Shown one piece after another: positions 32,259 to 43,060 of a stretch of DNA of 64,000 nt; position 1 is the stretch's first letter; the number at the start of each line of letters is the position of its first letter. The notes beneath the pieces are model-generated. The model saw only the letters and a list, made by a program, of their open reading frames with translations. It was not told the DNA's origin and did no database searches. The stretch is from Candidatus Borrarchaeum weybense. Its GTDB lineage: Archaea; Asgardarchaeota; Sifarchaeia; Borrarchaeales; Borrarchaeaceae. The translations under genes were made by a program, and so were the position numbers. The stretch spans positions 288,001 through 352,000 of the forward strand of contig JAHQJS010000004.1 of assembly GCA_019057385.1 (NCBI GenBank), given 5' to 3'.

Positions 32259-32963
32259 ATGAGCGAATCAGAAGAAATTGAAATAAATAAAGGTGACTTT
32301 GTTCTTATCGATTATATTGGGAGGATAAAAGATACGGGCAAAATATTTGCCTTGACGAATGAAGAAATTGCGAAAAAGGAGAAAATGCATCGTGATGATG
32401 GGATCTACGGCCCAGAACTAGTTGTAGTTGGGGAACGTTGGGTCGTGGAGGGTCTCGATGATAGTCTTTTGACGCTTAAAGTTGGGGAGCAGGATGCTAT
32501 CGTAGAAATTCCTCCCGAAAAAGCGTTTGGAGGACGAGATCCTTCGCGTGTAAAGACCGTTCCTATACGTGAGTTTAGAAAAAGAGACCTCAAACCTCAA
32601 GCAGGGATGACATTCCGATATAAAGGTTCATTGGCAACTGTTCAAAGTGCCTCAGGCGGTCGAGTTCGCCTAGATTTAAACCATCCATTAGCTGGTAAAG
32701 TTCTCAGTTATGAAGTAACGGTTCTTAGAAAGATAGAGGACATGACCGAAAAAATAAAGGAACTGATGAAACGTAGACTTTCAACTCTCTCTGAGACGAT
32801 TGAAATTGACGTGCAAGAAGATAAAGTATCAATCAAAATACCAAAAGAGATGTTTTTCGCAGAGGGAATTCAATTTGCTAAAAGCGGTATAGCTGGCGAT
32901 ATTCACAAATTTTTCGAAGATATCACTTTAGTGGAATTTTTAGAAGTCTACGAACGTTCTTGA
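32259..32963 (+). CDS. FKBP-type peptidyl-prolyl isomerase (archaeal long SlyD type)
   Basis: IPPEKAFG, DLNHPLAGK. Confidence 0.92.
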   Translation: MSESEEIEINKGDFVLIDYIGRIKDTGKIFALTNEEIAKKEKMHRDDGIYGPELVVVGERWVVEGLDDSLLTLKVGEQDAIVEIPPEKAFGGRDPSRVKTVPIREFRKRDLKPQAGMTFRYKGSLATVQSASGGRVRLDLNHPLAGKVLSYEVTVLRKIEDMTEKIKELMKRRLSTLSETIEIDVQEDKVSIKIPKEMFFAEGIQFAKSGIAGDIHKFFEDITLVEFLEVYERS

Positions 32964-33409
32964 GGAGAAATTCTAGCAACCAAAGCAATTGATATGTCGT
33001 TTCCTTCACTGCATTCTACTTTTTGTATGATATCTAGGATACGAACCTTATCTCCCTCTTTAAGTCCTGCGGGAACACAAAACTTTCGGAACTCACAAAT
33101 TTCGGAACAATCCTGCGGCTGAAAGGATATAGTTGCTCCTGAGAAGGTTATATTGGTTGGAATACCAACTTCTTTTTCTGTTTCTTTTACGCGAACCACT
33201 TTAATCTGTTCTTCGTGTAGAGGGCACTCAAACTCATTCTCTAAGACCTCTATCACTTCATAAATGCGTTCTGCTTCTAATGGTTGAATACAAACGTGAT
33301 ACATTTTGCAGGTCTTGCATTGTTCTAAGTCTCCCATATGTTGAAACTTATAACCAGATTTTGCCAGGTTTTTTGCGATGAATGTTATCACTGGTTCTGT
33401 ATCTTCCAT
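32948..33409 (-). CDS. UPF0179 family protein
   Basis: LAKSGYKF, CxxC, CPLHE; conserved neighbour of egsA. Confidence 0.85.
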   Translation of the reverse strand: MEDTEPVITFIAKNLAKSGYKFQHMGDLEQCKTCKMYHVCIQPLEAERIYEVIEVLENEFECPLHEEQIKVVRVKETEKEVGIPTNITFSGATISFQPQDCSEICEFRKFCVPAGLKEGDKVRILDIIQKVECSEGNDISIALVARISPQERS

Positions 33410-33424
33410 ATAATCCCACTCTTA

Positions 33425-34504
33425 TCAGTTTATTACGCCTGTCACATTCGCTAATCGAGTTGCAGCCTCTTTTGTTAAGCCTTTTTCGCCTAGAATCGTA
33501 TATCTGTCAGGTCGGATTTTATGACACGTGGTTAGTGCTTCAATAACATATTTTGGTTCAATTCCTAACTCACCAGCAGTTGTTGGCGCACCTATCTTGC
33601 GCAAAGCATCTTTTATGCGCTCCCAATCACCGCCATGGAGATACATCGTCATAATAGATCCTACGCCTGCTTGTTCTCCATGTAATGCTGGAGGCATTCT
33701 TCCTTCCTTAATATGAATTTGATCCAGAGCATGTGAAAACATATGTTCGGCACCGCTTGCTGGGCGACTGCTTCCTGCAATACACATAGAAACCCCACTA
33801 CTGATTAATGCTTCCATTACAATCCGCACGCTTCCTGGCATGCCTAATCTTATTTGATTTGCTCTTTCAATAATAATTTTTGCACTCATAGATGCAAGAG
33901 ACGCGGCATACTCTCCATAATATTCGTTTCGGAGTTTATGTGCAAGTTCCCAGTCCAAAACTGCAGTAGAGTTGCTTATTATATCCCCACAGCCAGCAGC
34001 TAGTAACCGATAAGGAGCTTTTGCGATAATTTCGGTATCAGCGATAATAGCTATTGGAGGTTTAGCAGGAATTGAGTGTGGTATCATGGGTTTTTTAATA
34101 GACGCTCTTGGCGAGACGATTCCGTCATGTGATCCTGCTGTAGGTACACTAATAAAAGGGATGCTCAAATTCATGGCAGAGACTTTCGCCACATCTATGA
34201 CCTTTCCTCCACCAACTCCTAAAACGATATTGATGTTCGATTCACGGATTCTTTTCTCAACTATTTCTACTTGCTCTAAATTAGAATCTTTGATGATCAA
34301 CTTAAGCGGTTGAAATCCCTCATCTTCCAGTGAAGCAAGAACTGTATTTCCTGCAATATCAATTGTAATTTCGTCGGCAAGGACTAACGGCGCTTTTCCA
34401 AAATCTAATTCTGTGCATACTTTTCCAACATCAGTAATTACGCCTCCGCCAATTAGTACTTCACGCGGAAGTTGAAACCGATGTTTTGCTTCAGATGCTT
34501 CCAT
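33425..34504 (-). CDS. egsA: sn-glycerol-1-phosphate dehydrogenase
   Basis: GGGKVIDVAK, SHDGIVS, SRPASGAEH, HGEQ. Confidence 0.96.
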   Translation of the reverse strand: MEASEAKHRFQLPREVLIGGGVITDVGKVCTELDFGKAPLVLADEITIDIAGNTVLASLEDEGFQPLKLIIKDSNLEQVEIVEKRIRESNINIVLGVGGGKVIDVAKVSAMNLSIPFISVPTAGSHDGIVSPRASIKKPMIPHSIPAKPPIAIIADTEIIAKAPYRLLAAGCGDIISNSTAVLDWELAHKLRNEYYGEYAASLASMSAKIIIERANQIRLGMPGSVRIVMEALISSGVSMCIAGSSRPASGAEHMFSHALDQIHIKEGRMPPALHGEQAGVGSIMTMYLHGGDWERIKDALRKIGAPTTAGELGIEPKYVIEALTTCHKIRPDRYTILGEKGLTKEAATRLANVTGVIN

Positions 34505-35083
34505 TTAATGCACTATCCTCGCATTTACAATAATAATAGTGATGATAATAATTTTGTGTATCAATTTTATTTTTCTCAATAAGTAGTCAAATTCAATTTG
34601 CGTATAAACATGACTTGTAGCACCATGAACTTAAAGGTATTCCTTTATTGCGGTAGTCGTTATGATTCCCGATGAGAGCAGAATGTTATGACACAGCGTT
34701 GAAAGAGATGTTATATAAAGTTAAAACCATGTAAAGCGTAATTTTAAAGAAAGAAGTTAAGAAAGGTTTGTGATTGCCTTTAAAAATGAGATAAAACCTT
34801 TTTTCTTCCGTTACTGAACGTAAAAAGACCTTAACTTTAATCATAACGTTGAAAAAAACTCATTTCTTTATAAACGAACATCATGTCTTTATAAATAAAG
34901 CGCGGCCGCAGTTCATTTGAGTATATAAAGTCCGCGATTTTTGGTGGTGCTTAAATTACTTTGTAAAATACCAGATAGTAACTCAATCTGAGTTAATTAA
35001 AAGTGAGATAACAAGCAGAAAGTTGAGGAACTCCAGGCGCAATTACAAGAACAAGAAGGCAAGGGGCAAGGGGATTACTAGGA

Positions 35084-36610
35084 ATGATTTATACAGCCAA
35101 ATTCAGGATCTATCCCGACAAATTACAGGAACGTAAACTCCATGAGATTTTTACCATCTATAATCGAGTGAAACGCATCGGTTATAATCTGTTGTTTCAC
35201 GGCGAGGATTACATGACAGCACGCTTCGGTGAAGTACAAATCATCCAGCAGTGTTTGATGAGTCTGTGTCATAACAACCCTTATGTCAACACCATCTTAA
35301 TCGATAACAAGCAGAAACTGGAAGCACAAAAAACGTGGCTGGAAAAACGACGGGACTACATGACCAAACAGCTAAAAACTATTACTAAAAAAATCAACAC
35401 CATAAAGGAACAGGATACACACGACAGACGGTTAAAGGGCTTATACGCCTGCAAATCCTCGATCATGGCGAAATTACATAATTTACACCTCGCACCCGTA
35501 GTATTTGGCACTAAGAAATTATTCAAAGACCGAATACGCGGCAACATAACTAGGGAAGAATTCAGGATACGACGGGATTCATCTTTCAGGTGTGTTGGAG
35601 TGAAAGCTAGAGGTGTAAAAAACTGGAATATCAAAATATTATCCGATAAAACAGTTAAGTTACGCACCTTTTCTAAACAAAAAGGTCACAAATGGTTGAT
35701 TATCCCATTGTCCGTAAATTCTGTGCAGGAAAAATGGTATCAAGAAATTCTTAATGTTGATAAATACACTGTGACCGTAAAAAGGAAGGTCTTTATGGGA
35801 GAAATACGTTACTTTGTCCATGTGTCTTACGATATTTCAGAACCAAAACCCACTTACGGCTACGAAAACGGCGCGATTGGACTGGATTTCAATTATAATT
35901 TTGTAGTGTTAACCAATGTGGATATGCACGGCAATTTACTCTCCTATCATAACATCTCGTTTGGCAACCTTCACACTTATAGAAAAGATAAACGAACTGA
36001 TTATATCTCTTATAAGATGGATAAGGTCGTCAATTATTGCATCAATAAGGGTAAAGGCATTGTGATCGAGGATTTACAATTCGATCAAGAATTTTCCTAT
36101 AATACAAAACGCAATCGGAAATTAAACAATTTGAAGACCACCGCCCTGCAATTATTGGGGCGAAAGTGCAAAAAACGCGGTGTGTCCATCCGAAAAGTAT
36201 TTCCAGGATATACCTCCCTCATTGGGAAATACAAATATTCACGATTACATAATTTGTCAACCCATCATCTCGCAAGTTATGTAATAGCTCGAAGAGGACT
36301 GGGTTTCAAGGAAGCAATTCCAGCCGTCTACGATTGGGTGCTCTCACAAGTTGAGGATTTTATAGAGCCTCATTTGAAAAAGGGCGGTCCTTACCGTAGC
36401 TGGGCGATGATCCATGACCTCTTTGAGTATAGCGGGATAACCTCCTTCAAGACTGCCGAAATACTGAAAAAAACGATATTGATGAAGCAAATGTTGAACT
36501 CGGTGACGAGCGCACAGCCCGATAACCTTAAGGCTGGTCTTTCCAAAAACGGAAAGATTGATGATTTTCATAAAGCGTGGGATTTCATAAACGATTCCGC
36601 TGTTTTATAA
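35084..36610 (+). CDS. TnpB-related RuvC protein (intact paralog of 22535-24061)
   Basis: IGLDFN, VIEDL, HLASYVIARRG; no Zn finger; homology with copy 1 extends to GGTTTGC at 36627. Confidence 0.85.
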   Translation: MIYTAKFRIYPDKLQERKLHEIFTIYNRVKRIGYNLLFHGEDYMTARFGEVQIIQQCLMSLCHNNPYVNTILIDNKQKLEAQKTWLEKRRDYMTKQLKTITKKINTIKEQDTHDRRLKGLYACKSSIMAKLHNLHLAPVVFGTKKLFKDRIRGNITREEFRIRRDSSFRCVGVKARGVKNWNIKILSDKTVKLRTFSKQKGHKWLIIPLSVNSVQEKWYQEILNVDKYTVTVKRKVFMGEIRYFVHVSYDISEPKPTYGYENGAIGLDFNYNFVVLTNVDMHGNLLSYHNISFGNLHTYRKDKRTDYISYKMDKVVNYCINKGKGIVIEDLQFDQEFSYNTKRNRKLNNLKTTALQLLGRKCKKRGVSIRKVFPGYTSLIGKYKYSRLHNLSTHHLASYVIARRGLGFKEAIPAVYDWVLSQVEDFIEPHLKKGGPYRSWAMIHDLFEYSGITSFKTAEILKKTILMKQMLNSVTSAQPDNLKAGLSKNGKIDDFHKAWDFINDSAVL

Positions 36611-36750
36611 ATAGTTGTAAGGTTTGCGTATAACATTAATGTTTTTAAAAGTGATACATTTTTAAAAAATAGAATACAAGCAAACATCTGCTTTCTTGCT
36701 CATCAAAAAATCAAAATGATTTCAAAATCAATTTGGGGAGATTCAAACTA

Positions 36751-37593
36751 ATGCCTGAAGGACCTGAAGTCGAATGCACTAGACAATATCTACAGTCATT
36801 AATTGGGAAGACAGTGAAGAAAATTCAATTAACAGAACTTTCACAAAAATATCCCAAATACCAAAATAGGCAATCAGACTTTGATTGGTTCAAGGGACAA
36901 CGAGTAACTGATATTGAGAGGATAGGTAAATTTTTAGTTTGGCATTTTAATGGAAAGATTATTTTAAATCACCTAGGCATGTCAGGTAAGTGGATTCTCT
37001 TAAAAAAAGGTAATCAGAAGTTGCCTTCACATTCTAAGGCTCTGATGTACTTTGAAAAATACCCTCAATATGCTGTTTTTGATGATATTAGAAATTTTGG
37101 ACAGTTTAAAGTCTTTGAAAGTTATGAAAAAGTGATGCAGCACGACCCAATAAGAAAAATGGGTATAGATGGATTAGCAAAACCATTCCCGATGAAAGAA
37201 TTTCTCGCCAAAATCAACAAGCCAAACTACGCAAATAGGGAAATTGGCGCGGTATTAGTGGATCAGAAATTAGTAGCGGGGGTAGGCAACATCTATAAGT
37301 CAGAATCATTAGCTTTGGCAAAAATAAATCCAACTCGACTTGTAAAAACCCTCACCAAAAAAGAAAGAAAAGAACTTGGTTTAGCAATATCAAAAACGCT
37401 CTGGAAGGCAGTTGATTGCAATGGAAGTACCTTTAGCACGTTTCAAATTCCAACAGGTCAAGAAGGATCTGCGCAAAACTGGCATAAAGTCTATGGTAAA
37501 CATGGTGAAATATGCCAAAACTGTAAAACAGAAATAATCCGTATTGTCCAAAATGGAAGAAGTACCTTTTTTTGCGCTGAATGCCAAAAATGA
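36751..37593 (+). CDS. mutM: Fpg/Nei DNA glycosylase
   Basis: MPEGPEV, HLGMSG, GVGNIY, C-terminal Zn finger. Confidence 0.9.
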   Translation: MPEGPEVECTRQYLQSLIGKTVKKIQLTELSQKYPKYQNRQSDFDWFKGQRVTDIERIGKFLVWHFNGKIILNHLGMSGKWILLKKGNQKLPSHSKALMYFEKYPQYAVFDDIRNFGQFKVFESYEKVMQHDPIRKMGIDGLAKPFPMKEFLAKINKPNYANREIGAVLVDQKLVAGVGNIYKSESLALAKINPTRLVKTLTKKERKELGLAISKTLWKAVDCNGSTFSTFQIPTGQEGSAQNWHKVYGKHGEICQNCKTEIIRIVQNGRSTFFCAECQK

Positions 37594-37623
37594 GTAAGAT
37601 TATAGAAAAAAGAAGAAATTAGG

Positions 37624-37860
37624 TTATTTTTTCTTGACTAGGGCAACAATCTCATATCCTTCTTTGTGGACTTCTAGCAATTCATTTCCAGTGTTTTTTG
37701 CCCATCTTTTAATGTCTTCCAGAAAAGCTGGGTCATCTGCAATAATCTTCAAAACCTGACCTGATGATAATTTATTAATTTCTTCGCGGGTACGAAATAT
37801 AGGTTCTGGACAGTAGAGCCCACTGCAGTCCACTACATTATCCGCCTTTTCTTCTGACAT
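37624..37860 (-). CDS. TusA family sulfur carrier
   Basis: DCSGLYCPEP, ADDP. Confidence 0.9.
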   Translation of the reverse strand: MSEEKADNVVDCSGLYCPEPIFRTREEINKLSSGQVLKIIADDPAFLEDIKRWAKNTGNELLEVHKEGYEIVALVKKK

Positions 37861-38173
37861 AGAAATCTCCTCTACTTATTCTTCTTCTCTTCAAAAGGTA
37901 AATAAAGATAATCTCTTCGTATATTTAAGGATTTATTTTGGAGCAATCGGTACTTTAGGGAACCATTTAATGTTTTGTGGTATGAAAGAATCTATACAAG
38001 AAATGCACGAAGAAAAGGCTTTAAAAAGTAGAGCTACGTCTTTAACCTCCAAGGTAAAAATCGAAATTTATTTAAAGACTGGGGATAGAGTAGAGACGAG
38101 GCTTACTCTTTTTCCTCATAAAGTTAATTTAGATTCATATTTTTAATTTAATTCATTATGCTAAGGTGTTTGG

Positions 38174-38785
38174 ATGACCACGACTCTTGGTTTAGTCCTA
38201 CGCGATGGAGTGATTTTAGCAACTGATATGCGGGCCACAGCAGGCTATTTCATTTCACATAAACATGCACAAAAACTCTTCAAGATTGATGATCATCTTG
38301 GTGCTACCATAGCTGGAAGAGTTGCAGACGCACAGCAAGTCATGGATTGGGCTCAAGTTGAAGCATCACTCTATAAACTGCAGCGCGGAGTTCCAATGCC
38401 AGTTAGGTCAGCAGCACGTTTGATTGCTAATATTCTTTTTCAATCAAGATACATGCCTTATTATCTCCAAAGCTTGATTGCTGGAGTTGATTCTACAGGT
38501 CCTCACTTATTCATACTGGATCTTCTTGGAAATCTTGTAGAGGAGAAAAGTATTTCGACGGGTAGCGGATCCCCGTTCGTTTTTGGACTATTAGAGGATC
38601 AATATGATGAAGGAATGACTGTTGAAGAGGGAAAGGATTTGGCAGTCAGAGCTGTACATTCCGCGATGGAACGCGATGCTGCATCTGGTGATGGCATTGC
38701 AGTTGCAGTCATTTCTGCGGAAAAAGGCTTTACACCAGTATCTGAAGATGAAATTAAGCAGATTTTGAATGGATCGAAGCGATAA
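38174..38785 (+). CDS. psmB: proteasome beta subunit
   Basis: MTTTLG, DMRAT, GSGS, RDAASG. Confidence 0.95.
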   Translation: MTTTLGLVLRDGVILATDMRATAGYFISHKHAQKLFKIDDHLGATIAGRVADAQQVMDWAQVEASLYKLQRGVPMPVRSAARLIANILFQSRYMPYYLQSLIAGVDSTGPHLFILDLLGNLVEEKSISTGSGSPFVFGLLEDQYDEGMTVEEGKDLAVRAVHSAMERDAASGDGIAVAVISAEKGFTPVSEDEIKQILNGSKR

Positions 38786-38909
38786 ACCCCGTATATGTAT
38801 ATGGATGTTTTCTTTCTACATTTCGCTCTTTTCATTGTTCAAGAGTACCTAGTCTTCCTTAAGTTATAGTAAACAGTAGATAACATAGTTTATCATTATT
38901 GGTGATTTA

Positions 38910-41900
38910 ATGTTTTTAAACGACGAATTTAACAAGATAAAACACACAATTCTAGAAAGTATTCCTAAAGACGCAAGTGTTTCTGATATTGAATTTGAGG
39001 GTCCTGAGATTGCTATTTATTCAAGAAATCCAAAAGTTTTGTTAAATAATGGCGATATCATAAAGGTACTTGCTAAACGTTTACGGAAACGGTTGGTTAT
39101 TCGATCTGACCCTGCATTACGAATGCCTCCGCAACAGGCTGAAGCAGAAATCAAAATGATAGTTCCAGAAGAAGCAGAAATAAGTTCCATTAACTTTGAT
39201 GACAATGTCGGAGAAGTTATTATTGAAGCAAAAAAGCCTGGATTAGTTATTGGCCGTAATGGAACTACACTCAAGGAAATCACACGTAAAATATTTTGGC
39301 GTCCTTCTGTTATACGAACTCCTCCTATTCAGTCCCGAATTGTTTTACAACTAAGACACGCTCTACAAAAAGACAGCGAGAAACGAAGAGGGATTTTAAA
39401 AACAATTGGTCAACGAATCCATAGATCAGTCATAATGCGCAACGGTTGGTTGCGTTTTACAGCATTGGGAGGCTTTAGAGAAGTTGGTAGAACATGTCTC
39501 TTTGTACAAACTGCAGAAAGTAATGTTTTAATTGATTGTGGTATAAATGTTGGTACTTCTAGCCAAGGTAATTCTTTTCCTCGATTAGACATGCCAGAAT
39601 TTGATCTTGATGAATTAGATGCCGTTATCATTACTCATGCTCACTTAGATCATTGTCTCCCGCCCGATACTCCTATTCGAATGGCGGATGGCCGTTGGAA
39701 ACCAATTGTTGATGTTGAACCTGGAGAGCAGGTAACCAGCTTCAATTGGGAAACTGGTGAATTTGAGCCAGCAAAGTGCACTGGAAAAACTGTAACAAAC
39801 GGCCATCAAGAAATATTAGAAATTATTACACCTTATCACCAACTCGTTGCTTCTCCTAATCATCGTTTTTTCACAATTCAAGAACTTGAAGTTCGTGAGG
39901 TTGAAGCTCAAGATTTGCAGGAAGGGATGCTTCTACCTATTCAGCGTCCTATAATGGTTGAAAAAACCTCACCTGTTAAATTGGTAACTGATATTCAATA
40001 TGAAGGATTAATCCCTCTCACTACTGATATAGGGGAATTCTTACGAGAACTTCGCTTAAAGCGACATCTCAAGCAAGCACAAGTAGCTAAAAGTGTTGGT
40101 GTTCATGTAAACACAATTTCGAAAATTGAGACTAATCCTACTTCTACAACTCTGCCTGTTATTCGCGCCATAACTGAGTTTTATAACATCGAATGGAAAA
40201 CTTTTGCTGAAAAATTTGAATTTCCTAGACTTCCTGAGACTCTCACTCCTGAACTTGCTCGATTAGTCGGGTACATTCAAGGTGATGGTCACAAATCTAA
40301 TGAATATTCCTTCCGCATTACTGAAATGGATCAAATGCTAATATTAAGTTATTCCAGATTAATAACTCAACTATTTCGTGTTAAACCTTCTGTTAGAGAG
40401 AGAAAAGATACACAGACACCGACATATACAATTTCAGTAAACAACGCGCAAATCCTTAGGTTCTTAGAAAGTAATTTCTCCACTATTTTCTCAAAGAGTA
40501 AAGACCTTGAAGTCCCTGAAATAATCCAAGATGCTCCACTATCGATAAAACAAGAATATCTCAAAGGATTGTTTGACGCCGAAGGAACAGTTGTAATTGG
40601 AATCAAATTCTGTAGTTACAGCCATAAACTTTTACGTCAAGTCCAGTTTCTCCTTTACCAGCTTGATATACCTTCCTCAGTACACCTTAAAGGCAATGTA
40701 ATACGTCTAGCTAGTCCCTATGCCCTTAAACGATTTTCCGAATTGGTAGGTTTCACCGCTCCAACGAAAAACAAGAAGTTAGAAAAGAGGCTTTCATCAT
40801 TCTCTGACGAAAGATTTGTTTATCCATCGTCACTTATACCTATTTCTTCAAAGGATCTTGAAACCATTCTACGAGAAATTGGAATACTTGGTAGGATACA
40901 TAACAGTCCTCGCATAACAGAACTTCCTATGGCAATTCTCGATTGGTATCGTCGCAAAAAAGGATATGTTACACGACCAACTGTTGAACAACTTTTAGAA
41001 GTTCTATTGGAACGTTATAATTCTATTGAACTCCTCAAAGGAACGCTAAAACATAATCTACTTACTGCCCGTCAACAACTCACGATCCCTCGATCAATAG
41101 TCGCTGAGGCAACTGGCCTATCTACAATGCAGATTCAATACCGCGAGGAAGGCAATTTATATGATTTTGCAACCGAAGAAATCGAAGAATTCCTAAAAAC
41201 ACAAATAGACAGAATCCAAGACAGCATTCGTGATATTGTCCAAAAGATTCATCATATTCTCACACTCAATGTCGAATGGCATCGCATAAAACGTATCAAT
41301 AGTTCTCCCAACACCAAACCTCTAATTGACATCGAAGTGCAACCCAACCGCAGTTTCGTCGCAAAAGGAATAGTTATCCATAACTGCGGCTTTGTTCCTT
41401 TTCTATATAAATATGGTTATCGAGGTCCCGTTTATTGTACCAAGGCTACTCGTAATTTAATGACCTTGTTGCAACTCGATTACCTAGATGTTGCTGAACG
41501 CGAGGGAAAACTCTCTCCATACAAGCAAAAAGATGTGAAAAGCGTTGTTCTCAATACTATCCCTCTTGATTACGGGGAAGTGACAGATATCAGCCCTGAC
41601 GTAAGATTGACTCTCCATAATGCAGGACATATACTTGGAAGTTCTATATCACATCTCCACATAGGAGACGGCCTATACAATGTCGCTTATACGGGCGATT
41701 TTAAATTTTCTAAATCAAGATTACTAGAGGCTGCCACATCACATTTTCCTAGGCTTGAAACCCTTATTTTAGAAAGTACTTATGGAAATGTAGATGATAA
41801 CTTGCCTTCTCGACGTGAATCTGAAAGACGATTGATTCATGCGATTAATAGAACCATTCAACAAAGAGGAAAGGTTCTAATACCTGTTCTAGCAGTAGGT

Positions 41901-42557
41901 AGGGCTCAAGAAATAATTGTTTTATTAGAAGAGGCGATAAGGCACAAAATCATGGAAGAAGTTCCGATCTTCATTGAAGGTATGATTTCTGAAGCCACAG
42001 CCATCCATACAACACATCCAGAATATCTTGCCCATGATCTACGTGATAAAATATTCCATTATGGTCTAAATCCATTTCTAGCAGATTGTTTCACCCAAGT
42101 AGACTCTTCAAAAGCGCGTCCTGATATAGTAGAGGGTGAACCATGTGTTATACTGGCAACATCTGGAATGCTTTCAGGCGGTCCTTCGGTCGACTATTTC
42201 AGATATCTGGCACCTGACCCAAAAAACACGGTCATTTTTGTATCATACCAAATCGAAGGAACTTTAGGAAGAAGGATACAGAAGGGTCAAAAAGAAATTC
42301 CTATGACTGGTGGAAAGAATTCTAAACCACAGATAGTTAAAGTTGCCCTCAATATTGAAACTGTAGAGGGCTTTTCAGGTCATTCTGACAGAAGACAATT
42401 AATAAACTATACAAAACAAGTTACACCACGACCTGAGAAAGTTATAACATGCCACGGCGAAAAATCAAAGTGTATAGGTCTAGCAAAGTCACTTAAAAAG
42501 ATATTAAGGACTGAAACTCACGCCCCAACTAATCTTGAAACACTTCGCCTTGTTTGA
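38910..42557 (+). CDS. fttA: beta-CASP ribonuclease aCPSF1 (FttA) containing an intein
   Basis: KH domains, HAHLDH, AGHILG, FSGHSD, HGE; follows psmB as usual in archaea. Confidence 0.95.
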   Translation: MFLNDEFNKIKHTILESIPKDASVSDIEFEGPEIAIYSRNPKVLLNNGDIIKVLAKRLRKRLVIRSDPALRMPPQQAEAEIKMIVPEEAEISSINFDDNVGEVIIEAKKPGLVIGRNGTTLKEITRKIFWRPSVIRTPPIQSRIVLQLRHALQKDSEKRRGILKTIGQRIHRSVIMRNGWLRFTALGGFREVGRTCLFVQTAESNVLIDCGINVGTSSQGNSFPRLDMPEFDLDELDAVIITHAHLDHCLPPDTPIRMADGRWKPIVDVEPGEQVTSFNWETGEFEPAKCTGKTVTNGHQEILEIITPYHQLVASPNHRFFTIQELEVREVEAQDLQEGMLLPIQRPIMVEKTSPVKLVTDIQYEGLIPLTTDIGEFLRELRLKRHLKQAQVAKSVGVHVNTISKIETNPTSTTLPVIRAITEFYNIEWKTFAEKFEFPRLPETLTPELARLVGYIQGDGHKSNEYSFRITEMDQMLILSYSRLITQLFRVKPSVRERKDTQTPTYTISVNNAQILRFLESNFSTIFSKSKDLEVPEIIQDAPLSIKQEYLKGLFDAEGTVVIGIKFCSYSHKLLRQVQFLLYQLDIPSSVHLKGNVIRLASPYALKRFSELVGFTAPTKNKKLEKRLSSFSDERFVYPSSLIPISSKDLETILREIGILGRIHNSPRITELPMAILDWYRRKKGYVTRPTVEQLLEVLLERYNSIELLKGTLKHNLLTARQQLTIPRSIVAEATGLSTMQIQYREEGNLYDFATEEIEEFLKTQIDRIQDSIRDIVQKIHHILTLNVEWHRIKRINSSPNTKPLIDIEVQPNRSFVAKGIVIHNCGFVPFLYKYGYRGPVYCTKATRNLMTLLQLDYLDVAEREGKLSPYKQKDVKSVVLNTIPLDYGEVTDISPDVRLTLHNAGHILGSSISHLHIGDGLYNVAYTGDFKFSKSRLLEAATSHFPRLETLILESTYGNVDDNLPSRRESERRLIHAINRTIQQRGKVLIPVLAVGRAQEIIVLLEEAIRHKIMEEVPIFIEGMISEATAIHTTHPEYLAHDLRDKIFHYGLNPFLADCFTQVDSSKARPDIVEGEPCVILATSGMLSGGPSVDYFRYLAPDPKNTVIFVSYQIEGTLGRRIQKGQKEIPMTGGKNSKPQIVKVALNIETVEGFSGHSDRRQLINYTKQVTPRPEKVITCHGEKSKCIGLAKSLKKILRTETHAPTNLETLRLV
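39654..41384 (+). mobile_element. intein (577 aa) with LAGLIDADG homing endonuclease and HTH insertions
   Basis: HAHLDH|CLPPDT ... SPNHRF ... GYIQGDG, GLFDAEG ... IVIHN|CGF. Confidence 0.93.
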
Positions 42558-42664
42558 GCATATCTTTCGTACTTAAATTAACTCAGAGATCTAATCTGTT
42601 TTGAATTAGTTACTGATGTTCTAGTTTAAAATGTGAGGGTAATAAAAAAATTAAAAGAGCTCAA

Positions 42665-43060
42665 TCACTCTCTCCAGATACGGATAAACGATGGAGTTAC
42701 TATTAAGGTTTCACCACCGACAATGTGACCTATATCTCCGCCAACGAAGCGTAAAATGCCACGTATTTGCTCAATTGCTCTCATACATTCACGTGGTCTT
42801 TCATAAAGCCCCGTTAGGTGAACTATCAAAATATGTCCTCGTTTAAGCTCCTTTTCTATCCCTGAGATATCTTCCAAACAAGTAGGATGTATTGATTTAA
42901 CATAAATTTCAGTGTTTCCCATTAATTCTGTTATATTTTCTCCTTCCTGATCAAACATCTCAAATTTGTCTAAGTATTCACCGATGTCTTCGTCGAATGA
43001 AATTTCCTCGACTTCTTTTCCCCTAAAAAAATTTCTGAATATTGACGTAATAAATCTCAC
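42665..43060 (-). CDS. sepF: archaeal SepF family cell division protein
   Basis: IEKELKRGHILIV, GGDI, LIVTPSFIRI. Confidence 0.8.
   Translation of the reverse strand: MRFITSIFRNFFRGKEVEEISFDEDIGEYLDKFEMFDQEGENITELMGNTEIYVKSIHPTCLEDISGIEKELKRGHILIVHLTGLYERPRECMRAIEQIRGILRFVGGDIGHIVGGETLIVTPSFIRIWRE

Noticed and set aside
31944-32262. ORFs 31944-32249 and 32077-32262
   Set aside because: They lie inside the structured omega-RNA element and lack IscB motifs.
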